Position numbers and translations under genes: made by a program. A DNA stretch of 63,631 bases, counting the filler, from Craspedostauros australis (taxonomy: Eukaryota): the NCBI GenBank assembly GCA_030167865.1. It is 16 parts of 16 records of this genome, joined end to end, with 100 filler letters (N's around TTAATTAATTAA, not from the genome) between each part and the next. Parts side by side here need not be neighbours in the genome. Positions count along the whole stretch, not along the records: positions 34,198 to 36,426 come from JALAGF010004469.1; positions 36,527 to 38,779 come from JALAGF010004471.1; positions 38,880 to 41,193 come from JALAGF010004472.1; positions 41,294 to 43,783 come from JALAGF010004473.1; positions 43,884 to 49,636 come from JALAGF010004475.1; 11 more parts are not named here. The stretch is one strand, 5' to 3'. Numbering within the stretch: position 1 is the first letter of the stretch; each line of letters starts with the position of its first letter. Below the pieces are notes generated by a model. That model saw only the letters and a program-made list of their open reading frames with translations, made no database searches and was not told where the DNA came from. Positions 34,198 through 45,909 of the stretch are shown in pieces.

Positions 34198-36426
34198 CGG
34201 AAGAGTGGAACGGAAATTCGCGGTTCTCTACGGTAAGGTCAGGTCAATGCTGAACCAGGCGCACCTACCGAGACAGCTGCGAGGCAAATTATGGGCGGAA
34301 GCAGCAAGGAACGCAACGCAGATCGAGAACATCATCGAGACTAAGTCAAGAGACCCTGCGTGCCTGCTACTCAATGGACAGACCCCAACCTACGCGAAAG
34401 GATTGCGTATCTTTGGGGAGATCGGAATGGTCTACATCGGCAGTCGCGCAATCAAAGCGAAACTGGATGACAGATCCAAGCCAGCCATGTTCGTCGGGTA
34501 CGGACAGTCTCATGCGAATGGAGTATACCGCATGATGAATCTGGCAACCACGAGAATCCTAATCACCAGAGACGTGACATGGATGAACCAGTCGTATGGG
34601 CAATTCAAGGGTGTTGAGAATGCCAACAGAACGCAATGGGTGGATCTGGGAGACGACGACTTCGATGCCGGAGCAGCACTCCGTCACACGAAGGTTACTT
34701 GGGAGCGCGACACGAGTATCGCAAGAGAAGCGAAGGCCGTATCAGCTGATCGAAGCAGAGAGCCCGGAACAGACTACGAAGACACCACAGGCTATGCATC
34801 GAAGCAAGATGAACTGCTACCTGCCCAAGGGGACGAACCATCGGACGATGAAAACGACGACGAATCCGGAAGGGACGACACACGAGTGACTCGAAGACAA
34901 GCCGCCGAAGGCAGAGAGATCGAGCAACCCCCAGCGAAACCTGTGGCAAAGATGTCAAGGATGCTACGGGGTTTGGTCCCGTACAACAATCCGCCAGGAT
35001 ATGAATCCGACTCAGAATCAAGCAGTGGAGACGATGAACCAGCTGAGGCAACTGAGACGATCCCTGCAACTACTGGCGAACGAGACTTCCATTCGAACAT
35101 ATCCATGTTCAATCGAGACGTGGCGAGTCTAATGATCGACACCACGGAAGGGAGAATGAGGCTGGATGAATTCATCGCAGCAAGCCAACGAGTCGAGAGA
35201 GGGGATTGGAACGAGACGTCCGAGCATGCATACACGGCTATGATGCTGGACCCAACCACCTTCGAGGAATGCTGGGATCACGCAGATCCAGCGAGGCGAA
35301 GGAAGTGGCGGGAGGCCATCAATAAGGAGTTCTACGACATGACGAGACGAGGAGTCTGGCAAAAGATCAAGAAGAACCAGATGCCGAGGGATCGGCGATG
35401 TGTGAAGACGAAATGGGTCTTCAAGGAGAAGAGGAATGGAGTCTTTCGCGCCAGGTTGGTTGCCTGTGGATACTCGCAGATTGCTGGAGTGGATTTTTCC
35501 GCTCATCATGCACCAGTGATCCACGATGCAACATACCGAGTGATGCTTACTATGAAGATGTTGTTGAAGACGGACAGCATCATCATCGACTTCGAAACCG
35601 CCTTCCTGCACGGAGACCTCGAGGAAGAGATCTACATGCAATGCCCCAAGGGAATGGAGCATGAACCGGACGAATGCCTGCTACTGAAGAAGACCATCTA
35701 CGGGTTGGTTCAGAGCGCAAGGCAGTGGAACAAGAAGCTTGTGGACATCCTGATCAAGCTTGGCTTCCGGCAGAGCAAGGTGGACCCTTGCCTGCTAATT
35801 CGGAATCGGGAAGGGAACCTCGTCCTCATCGGGACGTACGTCGATGATTGCCTCTGCATCGGAAGCACCCTCGAACTGAAGCGACTGGTGAAGGATATCA
35901 AGCGCGGACGATTCGGAATCAAGATCGAGGATGGACTCGAAGACTACTTGAGTTGCCGGATCGAATTCAATGAGAACGAAACCAACTGCTGGGTGAACCA
36001 GCCTCACATCATCAAGAACATCACGGATACGTTCAAGAGCGACGTGACGAAGCTTCAACGATACGGAACCCCAGGCACACCAGGCCAAGGGATCCAGAGG
36101 AACAGTGAAGCACCCAAGGTCGACAAGGATCGACACAGCAGATACCGCAGTGGTGTGGGCATGCTGCTATACCTGGTGAAGCATTCGAGACCAGACATCG
36201 CGAATGCAGTCCGAGAGCTTACTAAGGTGTTGGATGGACCAACGACCACGGCATACAAGGAGATGCTGAGAGTGATGAAGTTCGTGTCGGACACGAGAGA
36301 ATACGGATTGAGGATGGAGCCCAAGCCGTTGAACAACAACGAATGGAAGATCGTGGTGTACACCGACAGCGAGTTCGCTGGAGACAAGGACAACCGCATC
36401 AGCGTTGGAGGACATCTGGTCCTGCT
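34198..36426 (+). CDS. pol: Ty1/copia pol fragment (IN C-term, SH3-like, RT, RNase H start)
   Basis: GRVERKF..RSML, LWAEAA, KLDDR..MFVGY, KWVFKEK..FRARLVACGYSQ, DFETAFLHG, YVDDCL, RPDIANAVREL, YTDSEFAGD. Confidence 0.95.
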
Positions 36427-36947
36427 NNNNNNNNNNNNNNNNNNNNNNNNNNNNNNNNNNNNNNNNNNNNTTAATTAATTAANNNNNNNNNNNNNNNNNN
36501 NNNNNNNNNNNNNNNNNNNNNNNNNNGTTACCACTGAATAACTCATGTGTTGTAAATGCCGCAGGTATGCAAGCACCTGTGGCAAATAGTTATGGATTAT
36601 AGTCTATAGGGTACAATAACAACAGAAAAAGCACTGTACATTGCATGCAGGGGGAGGAAGAGAGAAGCAACTTGCATTATCAGTATGGTAGGCTGGACTA
36701 CAATTATTTGCTACAGGGAGGACCATGTGGAAGTGTGGATGGAAATTGCGGACGAAGTCGAGATGGATGATGGGCTTGTTGTCCCAAGTCCGAGAACAGT
36801 TACAAATACACGAGGAAAGTAACAGCAAAACCTATGAAATGGCTGATTCCAACGAAGACCAAGAAAATTCGGAAAATGGCAACAATGGACCCACTTTCTA
36901 TTCTTTCTGAGTCGCGATTCGAAAAAAACGCCGTTTTCCCTTCCCCC

Positions 36948-37943
36948 CCAAGCGCAGAAGAGATTGACAAGCTTCTCAATCAAATGCAACAGTTGTTCAA
37001 TATCACCAACGAAGGGGACCTCACGGACTATCTGGGTGTGCACGTCACTCACCTGGAGGACGGACGCATCAAACTATCGCAGCCCCACCTCATCGATCAG
37101 ATCGTAAAGGACCTGAACTTTCGTCCAAACACCAGACCCAGGGACACGTCGGCACTGATGACAAAGATCCTGGATGCAGACGAGAATGGCGAGGAGCACA
37201 AAGCGACCTGGAGCTACCGATCAGTCATCGGAAAGCTCAACTACCTGAAGAAATCCACTCGTGGGGAGATCGGGTACGCTGTGCATCAAGCAGCCAGATT
37301 CAGCGCCAATCCGAAGAAATCGCACTCACAAGCGGTGAACCTCATCGGGCGGTACCTGATGGCAAGCAGAGACGAAGGCATCATCCTGAATCCCAACGAC
37401 AAGGCATTCGAATGCTTTGCAGATGCAGACTTTGCGGGATTGTGGAACAGAGACACAGCAGCCGACGACTCAGCCACAGCCAGATCAAGGACCGGATACC
37501 TGATCCGATTCGCAGGATGCCCCATCGCATGGGCATCGCGCTTGCAGACGGAGATCGCATTGAGCACAACCGAAGCCGAAGTGATCGCACTATCAACNGC
37601 GTTGCGCGACGTGATTCCAATGATGAACCTGCTCAACGAAATGTGCGCCAGGGAGATCGTACCAGAGAAGTACAAGCCCAGGGTGTACTGCAATGCATTC
37701 GAGGACAACTCCGGCGCCTACGAGATCGCCAAGTTTCCGAAGATGCGACCACGAACAAAGCACATCAACATCAAATACCACCATTTCCGATCGTACGTGG
37801 ATCGCAAACTCATCGAAATCTACGCCATCGACACCGACGATCAGCTTGCAGACCTCTGGACGAAGCCACTCGCAGACGATAAGTTCCACAAGTTCACGGA
37901 GCTCTCTATGGGATGGAAGTTCACACAAAGGGATCAAGGTTGA
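36948..37943 (+). CDS. pol: Ty1/copia RT C-terminus plus RNase H (5' part replaced by unrelated sequence)
   Basis: EGDLTDYLGV, LSQPHLI, YRSVIGKLNYL, FADADFAG, IALSTTEAE, FEDNSGA, PRTKHINIKYHHFR, QLADLWTKPL. Confidence 0.92.
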   Translation, partial: PSAEEIDKLLNQMQQLFNITNEGDLTDYLGVHVTHLEDGRIKLSQPHLIDQIVKDLNFRPNTRPRDTSALMTKILDADENGEEHKATWSYRSVIGKLNYLKKSTRGEIGYAVHQAARFSANPKKSHSQAVNLIGRYLMASRDEGIILNPNDKAFECFADADFAGLWNRDTAADDSATARSRTGYLIRFAGCPIAWASRLQTEIALSTTEAEVIALSXALRDVIPMMNLLNEMCAREIVPEKYKPRVYCNAFEDNSGAYEIAKFPKMRPRTKHINIKYHHFRSYVDRKLIEIYAIDTDDQLADLWTKPLADDKFHKFTELSMGWKFTQRDQG

Positions 37944-37951
37944 CAAGGGAG

Positions 37952-38229
37952 TGTGGGAATATTCCAATGACACGCATACTTTGTGACCTTGAGAGTGATC
38001 AAATTGTGTCGTGAATGAATTTTGTTCCTCAATCAAATCAATCACGACTCCAGGAACCATGCGCGCCATTTTTTCAACAATGTTCCTTGTGTGTTATGTC
38101 TAATCAAAACACGGCGAAGATTCGGGATCGATCGTGGATCTGGATAACTATGACCCACTTGAGTGACGGGACCTGCAGTCGGTCCTGAGGGGGTGGGAAG
38201 ATACGGGGTTTTCGACCAAGCCACCCACA
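37952..38229 (+). mobile_element. Putative 3' LTR following PPT AAGGGAG (37945-37951)
   Basis: TGTGGG start directly after the PPT; CCCACA at 38224-38229 gives perfect inverted termini. The right boundary is not confirmed by a second copy. Confidence 0.55.
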
Positions 38230-38879
38230 TATTAATAAACTAGAAACAAATATAAGAATCATAGTGGACGCCGATTTTGGTTTAATGTCTTATTTTGATT
38301 TTTATGGACACCTCGATTTTGCGCTCATCTAGACACGACTAGCGCACTACGGCCAGATTTGGTGTCTTGGTGCCTTGATTCGTGTCGCCAAAAGACAAAT
38401 TATCGATGTCAATTGCAGGGCTAATTTATTTTTTTAGTCCCTCCATTGCGGCTCTGACACGTTCCAACAATTGTGTCCTCACATTTTGTTCCACCAAGTC
38501 AGGAGATTCCGTATTTTCCTTCATCGTGTGTGTCTCGCACGCAATTCGCTCCGAGGCTTCGTTTTCTTCTTGTCGCAGCGCGATTTCTTCCTCTTCTGAT
38601 CTTGTTTGTTGTGCAGGCACGATTCCTGCATCAGCATTATTTGCGTTCGTTGGGAGTGGGGGAATTTTTGTGTTCGATGTGTTCGATGTGTTCGTTGCGT
38701 TCGTTGCGTTTCGTTTGATCGTACTTTCCGGGGTACGGATGTTCGCGGGCTTCGGTTTCGTGCGCTGATATGAAGCGGANNNNNNNNNNNNNNNNNNNNN
38801 NNNNNNNNNNNNNNNNNNNNNNNTTAATTAATTAANNNNNNNNNNNNNNNNNNNNNNNNNNNNNNNNNNNNNNNNNNNN

Positions 38880-41193
38880 AGGTGTAGGTATACCGGACGA
38901 TGGATGTCGGCTTGTACGAAGGCGTTTGAGAAATCAATTGACGTCGTGACCCAGCGAAGCAAAATGGAAAGGATGAGAAAGACGCGAACAGAGGACCAGG
39001 CAACGACCGGAGCGTAAGTTGCTTCCGTTTCAGTCATCATGTCGCCTCTGCAGCACCACCGTCCCTTATACTTCTTTACCGTGCCGTCGGGCATCCGCTT
39101 GCGCCGAAACACCCACGTGCCAGGGAAGATGCGATCAGTAGCGGTGGATTTTGGCACCTCAATCCACGTCCCCTTTTTGGTAAGGTCATGAATTTCTTTG
39201 TGTGCGGCTGCCATCCATTCTTGTTTGTTGTCGTCGTTCATCGCCTCGCTGAAGGAGAGGGTGTCGGGATCGGCCTTGGATGCCTTGTAGCTGACGTGTC
39301 GATCCGAGATGCTGAGATCGCCCCCGGTCGTGAAGAAGTTGAGCAAGTCGTACGTGATGAAGGCTCGGTGGTCGGTGTGGTCGTCGCCATCGTGCTCAAG
39401 GGTTGCTGCCATCGCGTAGTGTTCGTCGGTTTCGTCATTCTCATGTTGTTGTGAAAAATGGGCGTTTGTTGGAGCTGGGGCACGGTGTTCGGCCGGTTCG
39501 AATTCGCTTGGCGGAGCCATGATTGTCGGTGGCACCTCCGGCGCGACGCCGAGTTGGATGTGCAGGTGCAGTATGCCGATTTCAAAACGCTCGTCATGCG
39601 TAATGAGGTGCCAAGCGAAGCCCGTTCGTCGCATGAAGTCCTGCACTCGCTCGTCTTCGTCCGGTGGTCGTAGGCCATTTTCCATGGCGGCGATGGCCCG
39701 TTCCAGAGTGTATCGCTGGCCTTGCGTTCTTGGTATGAAGCCGAAGTATGAAACGGGGAGGTGGTATTCGCCTGTTTCGAGCATTTCTTCGACGGCATCG
39801 ACGAATCGGCGAATAGCGTAGTAAACGCACTGGCTCCTTGCGGCTTCCGTCGGGAATCGAAATTGCACTACATGGTCGAAGTAATGGCCGATGTGTCGAG
39901 TGATGTTGACATGGTGTGGCCAAAGGTGGCCGATGTCGATGGGGCGCATTGTGGTGCCTGGAAGTGGGTCGTCGTCCTCCGAGGACGAGTCGGAGTGATT
40001 GCTCATCATGAGGATGTGGTGCTCGTTGGTTGGCGTTCCTTTGCTAGCTTCCGCTTCTTCTTGTTCCTTGCGCATCCTGGCTCGGATTTCGAGTTGCTGG
40101 ATGCGAAGCATCCTTTCCATCTCGAGGTCGCCCTGCGCCCAATGTCGTTCCTCCCAGGTCAATTCGGTGGTGTCGAGTGTCGCCAGATTTCGGAGCATGG
40201 AGTCAGCGTCGCGCACCAGATCGTGGACCTTCTGTGTTACCATTTCATTTGTGTGGGTTGTGTAGCGCTGAAGGGTCGCGCGGCAGGTCTGGAGAGCGTG
40301 CTTCATGTCTTCCATGGCTTGGTCCTTGCTAGGTTCACTTGTTGCGATGGTGGTTACATTTGCGCTGGTTTCGGATGGTTGTGTGACGTCGTCGGCCCAA
40401 ACCACTTTTCCGCCCAAGGTGTCGTAGGTGAGGCGCTCAACGGTCCGTCGCTCTCGTGGTGTGCGTTTGTTGATGCGTTCAGAGCGGCGCAGTGGAGGTG
40501 TCTTTACTTTCTTCGTCGTGGGTTGCTCTGTCTGTGCGGTGATGGGTTTGCGCAGCGGTGAAGTCGGAGGAGAGTCGATTGGTGGTTGTATGTCGTCGTC
40601 ACTGTTGTCGTTGACAACTCCCTCTGTTGGCGGCAACGGTTCAGCGTGACTTGCTGGGTCTTCTCTGGCTCCCTCTGTCGACGGCATTGGTGGTATTGGC
40701 TTGTTGATATCGGTGGTTGTTGGCGAGCGGTTGATTTGCTGAGGTGGTTGCACTTGGTCGATTGGGGTGGCATCGGTTTTCGTGTGTGATGTTACGGGTT
40801 GCCTCAAAATGTGAGTTGGTGAATTTTGTTCACTCACAATCGGGGTTCTTGTGTTTGGCGTTTCTGGCAACAATTTTGCTGGCGGATCGTCGTCGTGTGA
40901 GGGAAGAAATCGCTGATGATCGGCTTCATCCTCTCGCTCGATGTCCCGCTCTTCCATAGCAATGACATCATCGTCATCGAACGGTATTTGATACGTAGTG
41001 TCGCCAAACATGTGCGCCCATTCCGTTGAATTGTAGTCTGGGAGATCAACCGGATCAGTCGCTATCGTCGCGAACCAATCGTCAAACACAACGTGAAATT
41101 GTGGTGTGATCGATCCTGTCCTCGGCGAGAGGACCAGCGGAACTGTGGACGCGTGACGAGCGGAGAGTCCCATGTTCACATAGCGCTCCCCAC
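38880..41193 (-). CDS. pol: Family-B-related pol fragment (IN C-term, extra domains, RT N-term)
   Basis: MNMGLS..HASTVPLVLS.RTGSITPQFH and DPDTLSF..PGTWVFRRKR..DFSNAFVQA closely match 23180-25430, while the intervening spacer is highly diverged. Confidence 0.92.
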
Positions 41194-41293
41194 NNNNNNN
41201 NNNNNNNNNNNNNNNNNNNNNNNNNNNNNNNNNNNNNTTAATTAATTAANNNNNNNNNNNNNNNNNNNNNNNNNNNNNNNNNNNNNNNNNNNN

Positions 41294-41590
41294 CCACTTC
41301 TGTACAGTTTTCACATCCTTTCCCATTCGTCCTGCCAGCACACCCCATGTTGGATATTGTTTGAGAAACATGAGAGCACATAGCAGGTGCTCCATTGTTG
41401 CATTCCATGGCAGTAAGTCTTCCTCATTCAGTCCGTCCCATGCCATGGCAGCCACTTTGGTGTGGGTTCCGAAGTTGCTTCAGAAACATGTTTGCACACC
41501 GTACGATGGTGGAGTGTGGAGTCTAGGATCAAACGCTTGTCCCAGAAGCTCCATGCCCTTGCATGCAATGGTTGTCTTGGTTGTCTGCGT
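41294..41590 (-). pseudogene. Decayed N-terminal HTH of a Harbinger/ISL2EU-like transposase
   Basis: F*SNFGT..VAAMAW..L....LP.....HLLCALMFLKQYPT..LA..GKDVKTVQKW matches the HLLWAL.FLK.Y..DEKT.RKW pattern of this N-terminal domain; contains an in-frame stop. Confidence 0.55.
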
Positions 41591-41799
41591 GGTCTCCAGT
41601 GCCATTCTGATGTATCTTGGTATGCCAACAGGACGGAGGACGAAAATGTGGCATTCACTAGTGCAATATCTAATTCAGCAACAGAAAGAGGAATGCAGAC
41701 AGGGCAAGCCCTGTTATTGTCGATTTGTGCTGAACATACAATAGCCTGGACAATTCAGTGTGTTGTTTGGCTCGTTGACCTTGGCTGTCTGTGTCGGTT

Positions 41800-43783
41800 T
41801 GGACTGGCACAACAACGATGATCCGAACACGACCGGCGTACACAGACACAGGGGAGGATTGGATGTGTTGGGTCTGATTGCTCACGAGCAATTTGCACAT
41901 GCAATGTTGTTGTTATCGTGCGTGTCGTGTCTGTCATGTCTGTGCAGGACCGTCGCAACAAACCGGGTACGGAGTCATTGAACACAGGGCCCATCGTACC
42001 CAATCATCCAACGTGCAACACCAGCAAAACAGACAGACTAAATCAGGATGAACCAAACATGACCCGCACCCAGACACAGGGGAGGATTGGATGTGTTGGG
42101 TCTGATTGTTTGCGAACACTTTGCACATGCAATGTTGTTGTTATCGTGCGTATCATGTCTGTCATGTCTGTGCAGGACTGTCGCAACAAACCGGGTATGG
42201 AGTCATGACAAACAGGGCTCATCGTACCCAATCATCCAATGCGCAACACCAACAAAACAGACAGACTAAATCAGGATGAACCAAACATGACCGCACCCAG
42301 ACACAGGGGAGGGTTGGATGTGTTGGGTCTGATTGTTCGCGAACACTTTGCACATGCAATGTTGTTGTTATCGTGCGTGCCATGGCTGTCATGTCTGTGC
42401 AGGACTGTCGCAACAAACCGGGTATGGAGTCATTGAACACACAGGGTCTGGTCATAGCATTTTGTCGACTGCACAACACCAACAAAACAGACAGACTAAA
42501 TCAGGGCAAACCAAACATGACCATCGTATATGCAGAGACAGAGAGATGAAGAGCAGGAGGACCATGCCTGTCTATGCACGAATAATTATGCATGTGTGAT
42601 GTTGTTGTTATTGTCAGTGTTGTTATTTAGCCTTGTCTCTCTGTGCAGGGCTATTGCAACAAACCAGTCTCAGAGTAATCGAACACAGCGGATCTGGTCA
42701 TAGCATTTTGTCGACTGCACAACACAAACAAAAACAGACAGGCAAAATCAGGGCAAACCAAACATGACCATCGTATATGCAGAGACAGAGAGATGAAGAG
42801 CAGGAGGACCATGCCTGTCTATGCACGAATAATTATGCATGTGTGATGTTGTTGTTATTGTCAGTGTCATTATTTAGCCCTGTCTCTCTGTGCAGGGCTA
42901 TTGCAACAAACCAGTCTCAGAGTAATCGAACACAGCGGATCTGGTCATAGCATTTTGTCGACTGCACAACACAAACAAAACAGACAGGCAAAATCAGGAC
43001 ACACCAAACATGACCAGCAAACACAGAGACAGAGAGATGAAGAGCGGGAGGACTATGCCTGTCTGTGCGTGAATAATTATGCATGTGTGATGTTGTTGTT
43101 ATTGTCAGTGTCATTATTTAGCCCTGTCTCTCTGTGCAGGGCTATTGCAACCAACCAGTCTCAGAGTAATCGAACACAGCGGATCTGGTCATAGCATTTT
43201 GTTGACCGCACAACACCAACAAAACAGACAGGTGAATTCGTGACAAACAGAACATGACCAGCAAACACAGAGACAGAGAGATGAAGAACAGGAGGACCAT
43301 GCCTGTCTGTGCGCGAATAATTATGCATGTGTGATGTTGTTGTTATTGTCAGTGTCATTATTTAGCCCTGTCTCTCTGTGCAGGGCTATTGCAACAAACC
43401 AGTCTCAGAGTAATCGAACACAGCGGATCTGGTCATAGTATTTGTTGACTGCGCAAGACCAGCAAAACAGACAGGCAAAATCAGGACACACCAAACATGA
43501 CCAGCAAACACAGAGACAGAGAGATGAAGAACAGGAGGACCATGCCTGTCTGTGCGCGAATAATTATGCATGTGTGATGTTGTTGTTATTGTCAGTGTCA
43601 TTATTTAGCCCTGTCTCTCTGTGCAGGGCTATTGCAACCAACCAGTGTCAGAGTAATCGAACACAGCGGATCTGGTCATAGTATTTTGTTGACCGCACAA
43701 CACCAGCAAAACAGACAGGCAAAATCATCACGAACCAAACATGACCAGCATACACAGAGACAGAGGAGGATTGGACAGGCTGG
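41800..43783. repeat. Composite tandem array: about 3 units of ~227 bp followed by about 5 units of ~244-248 bp
   Basis: AACAAACCGGGTA at 41957, 42185 and 42412; AACMAACCAGT.TCAGAGTAATCG at about 42658, 42906, 43149, 43393 and 43636. Confidence 0.92.
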
Positions 43784-45909
43784 NNNNNNNNNNNNNNNNN
43801 NNNNNNNNNNNNNNNNNNNNNNNNNNNTTAATTAATTAANNNNNNNNNNNNNNNNNNNNNNNNNNNNNNNNNNNNNNNNNNNNAAGTGCGTATGAGAGAA
43901 TAACGGGTGAACGATGCACATATACACGTACATCTTGACATATACTCACATGTACATCTCGACACTTTCCATCAACCAACAGAAAAAAGTTGACATCGAA
44001 GAAGAATCGATGCAATTCCCAACTAAACCTCAAATGACAATATCCTCACCAGACCATTGCATCATCAATGGAATTTGGAATCTGAAGAAGTATGGAACAT
44101 GACAGCTGATGTTGACAGGATGTCATCATGTCACCACATGGACAGCTGTCTCCACATCATACCAAGAAGGCGAAGATTTGATGACCGAGTGACATCAAGA
44201 TTGCGGATATGCAAGGAGGAGTTCGGACGAGACATTGACGATTACTCGTGGAGTAGTGGGCCAATAGAGGATGAGATGACGGAATGTGTATCGAATATGG
44301 AGTACATGTCGAGTCCGGAATATTGCATGGTACGAACACACAATATTGAGAGAGCGAGAGAGAATACAAGTAACAGCGAGAGAGGATCTTGTGTGCCGAC
44401 TCATAGTGAGGTGGACCAACGGAAGACACCAAGAGCATCGGACTAACAGCAGAGACTCCAAGGTAGAATCAGACGAGCAACATAATGAAATAGCAGAAGA
44501 AACCATAGCAACCAGCACCACCACCAACACTGTTGTATGAAATCACAAGAGTATCCGTGAGCAGAACTTGCTTACAGGCAAGTCATCCTGATCAAGGTGG
44601 AGGCAAAGGCAGGCATAGATGAAGTTCTGGCTGCCTCTTTCCACATTGCGTTTTGGATCATTGTCTTGCTGGCTTCTGTAGTCTGGACATTTGCTCTTTG
44701 TTGGCTGATCATGATTGGCTCTCCAATGCGTTTGTTGGTGTTGATAGGCAGACTTTCTCTCTGTTTGATGGATGGGTGTGTGCATATGGCAGGTATTGTC
44801 CTGAAGAGATCGCTGTTGGAGATGCGACAGAGCTGCAATTAATTTGTTTCTGCTGGGAGGGAAGGGAATGTTGCTATTTCCAGTCTCCAGAAACCTGGAT
44901 GACCATGGGCAACTCCAAGTGTAAGTGCCAATAAGAGAATGCATGGAGAGGCCATTCAGATATTGGGTGGGGGAGTAGAGTAGTCGAAGACTTCATCATT
45001 TCCTTCAGTTGGTTCTCTTGGGTTGTCTTGGGTTTCCTTGCACTTGGGCATTTGGTGTGTGCTCCTGAGCATGTTTGGGTGATTGTGTTGATGTTGATGT
45101 TGTGCTTGTGAGCGTGTGTCGTTGGATGCGGTGATGTGTGTGTTAATCGTCAATTGTTAACATGAACGTTCACAACATGATTCAGTCGGACGCGTCGACC
45201 GTCGCTTGGTGATGCACAAACAACACAAAAACAAAGATGCAAAATACTACTCGTTCCCATTCAGTGATGCAGGTGATTGTGTGCGTCAGATTTGTACGAC
45301 AAAGGATAGCAGTTGGCAAACAATCCAGGTCTATTCTGGAGAAAAGCAACATCATGCAGAGTAGAATAGTAGGGTGTGAGTAGAGTATGCAGTGCACATG
45401 ATGTTGTGATGAATGTAGAGGAGTATGACACAAGGTCACTCAACAAAAACGCGCAGTGCAGAACATGAGCAACGACGGACTCTCCGCCGTGTTGTGTGGT
45501 GACACGCGTTGCAAAACGCAAATACAGTTGATTTCATTTTCATCGCACGACGAGCGTCCCAAATGCACATTCGAAACGGATTGGCGAACACGCTTCTGCG
45601 ACCCCAAAAAACCGTGAGAATCAGTCTCGATCTGGACCAGGTGGGTCGAAGACATCAAATAAAAAGTCTGTCCAACCACTCGTGGACTTGACGATGTCAC
45701 TCAACATGGAACATGCGACATCACATCGCACTTAACGACAAGAAGCATCACGTCATCACAGTTTCGACTGGGGTTAACGTCCGTAACGTCCAAATCAGCA
45801 CTTCATTTTGTTCCGAATCGAGGGTCCCACCAAGCAAAACACAAAGAAATCGAAAACCAGACAGAAATGGGTTCCACGTGTCGTGACAAGAGCCCCTCAA
45901 AAAGAGAAT

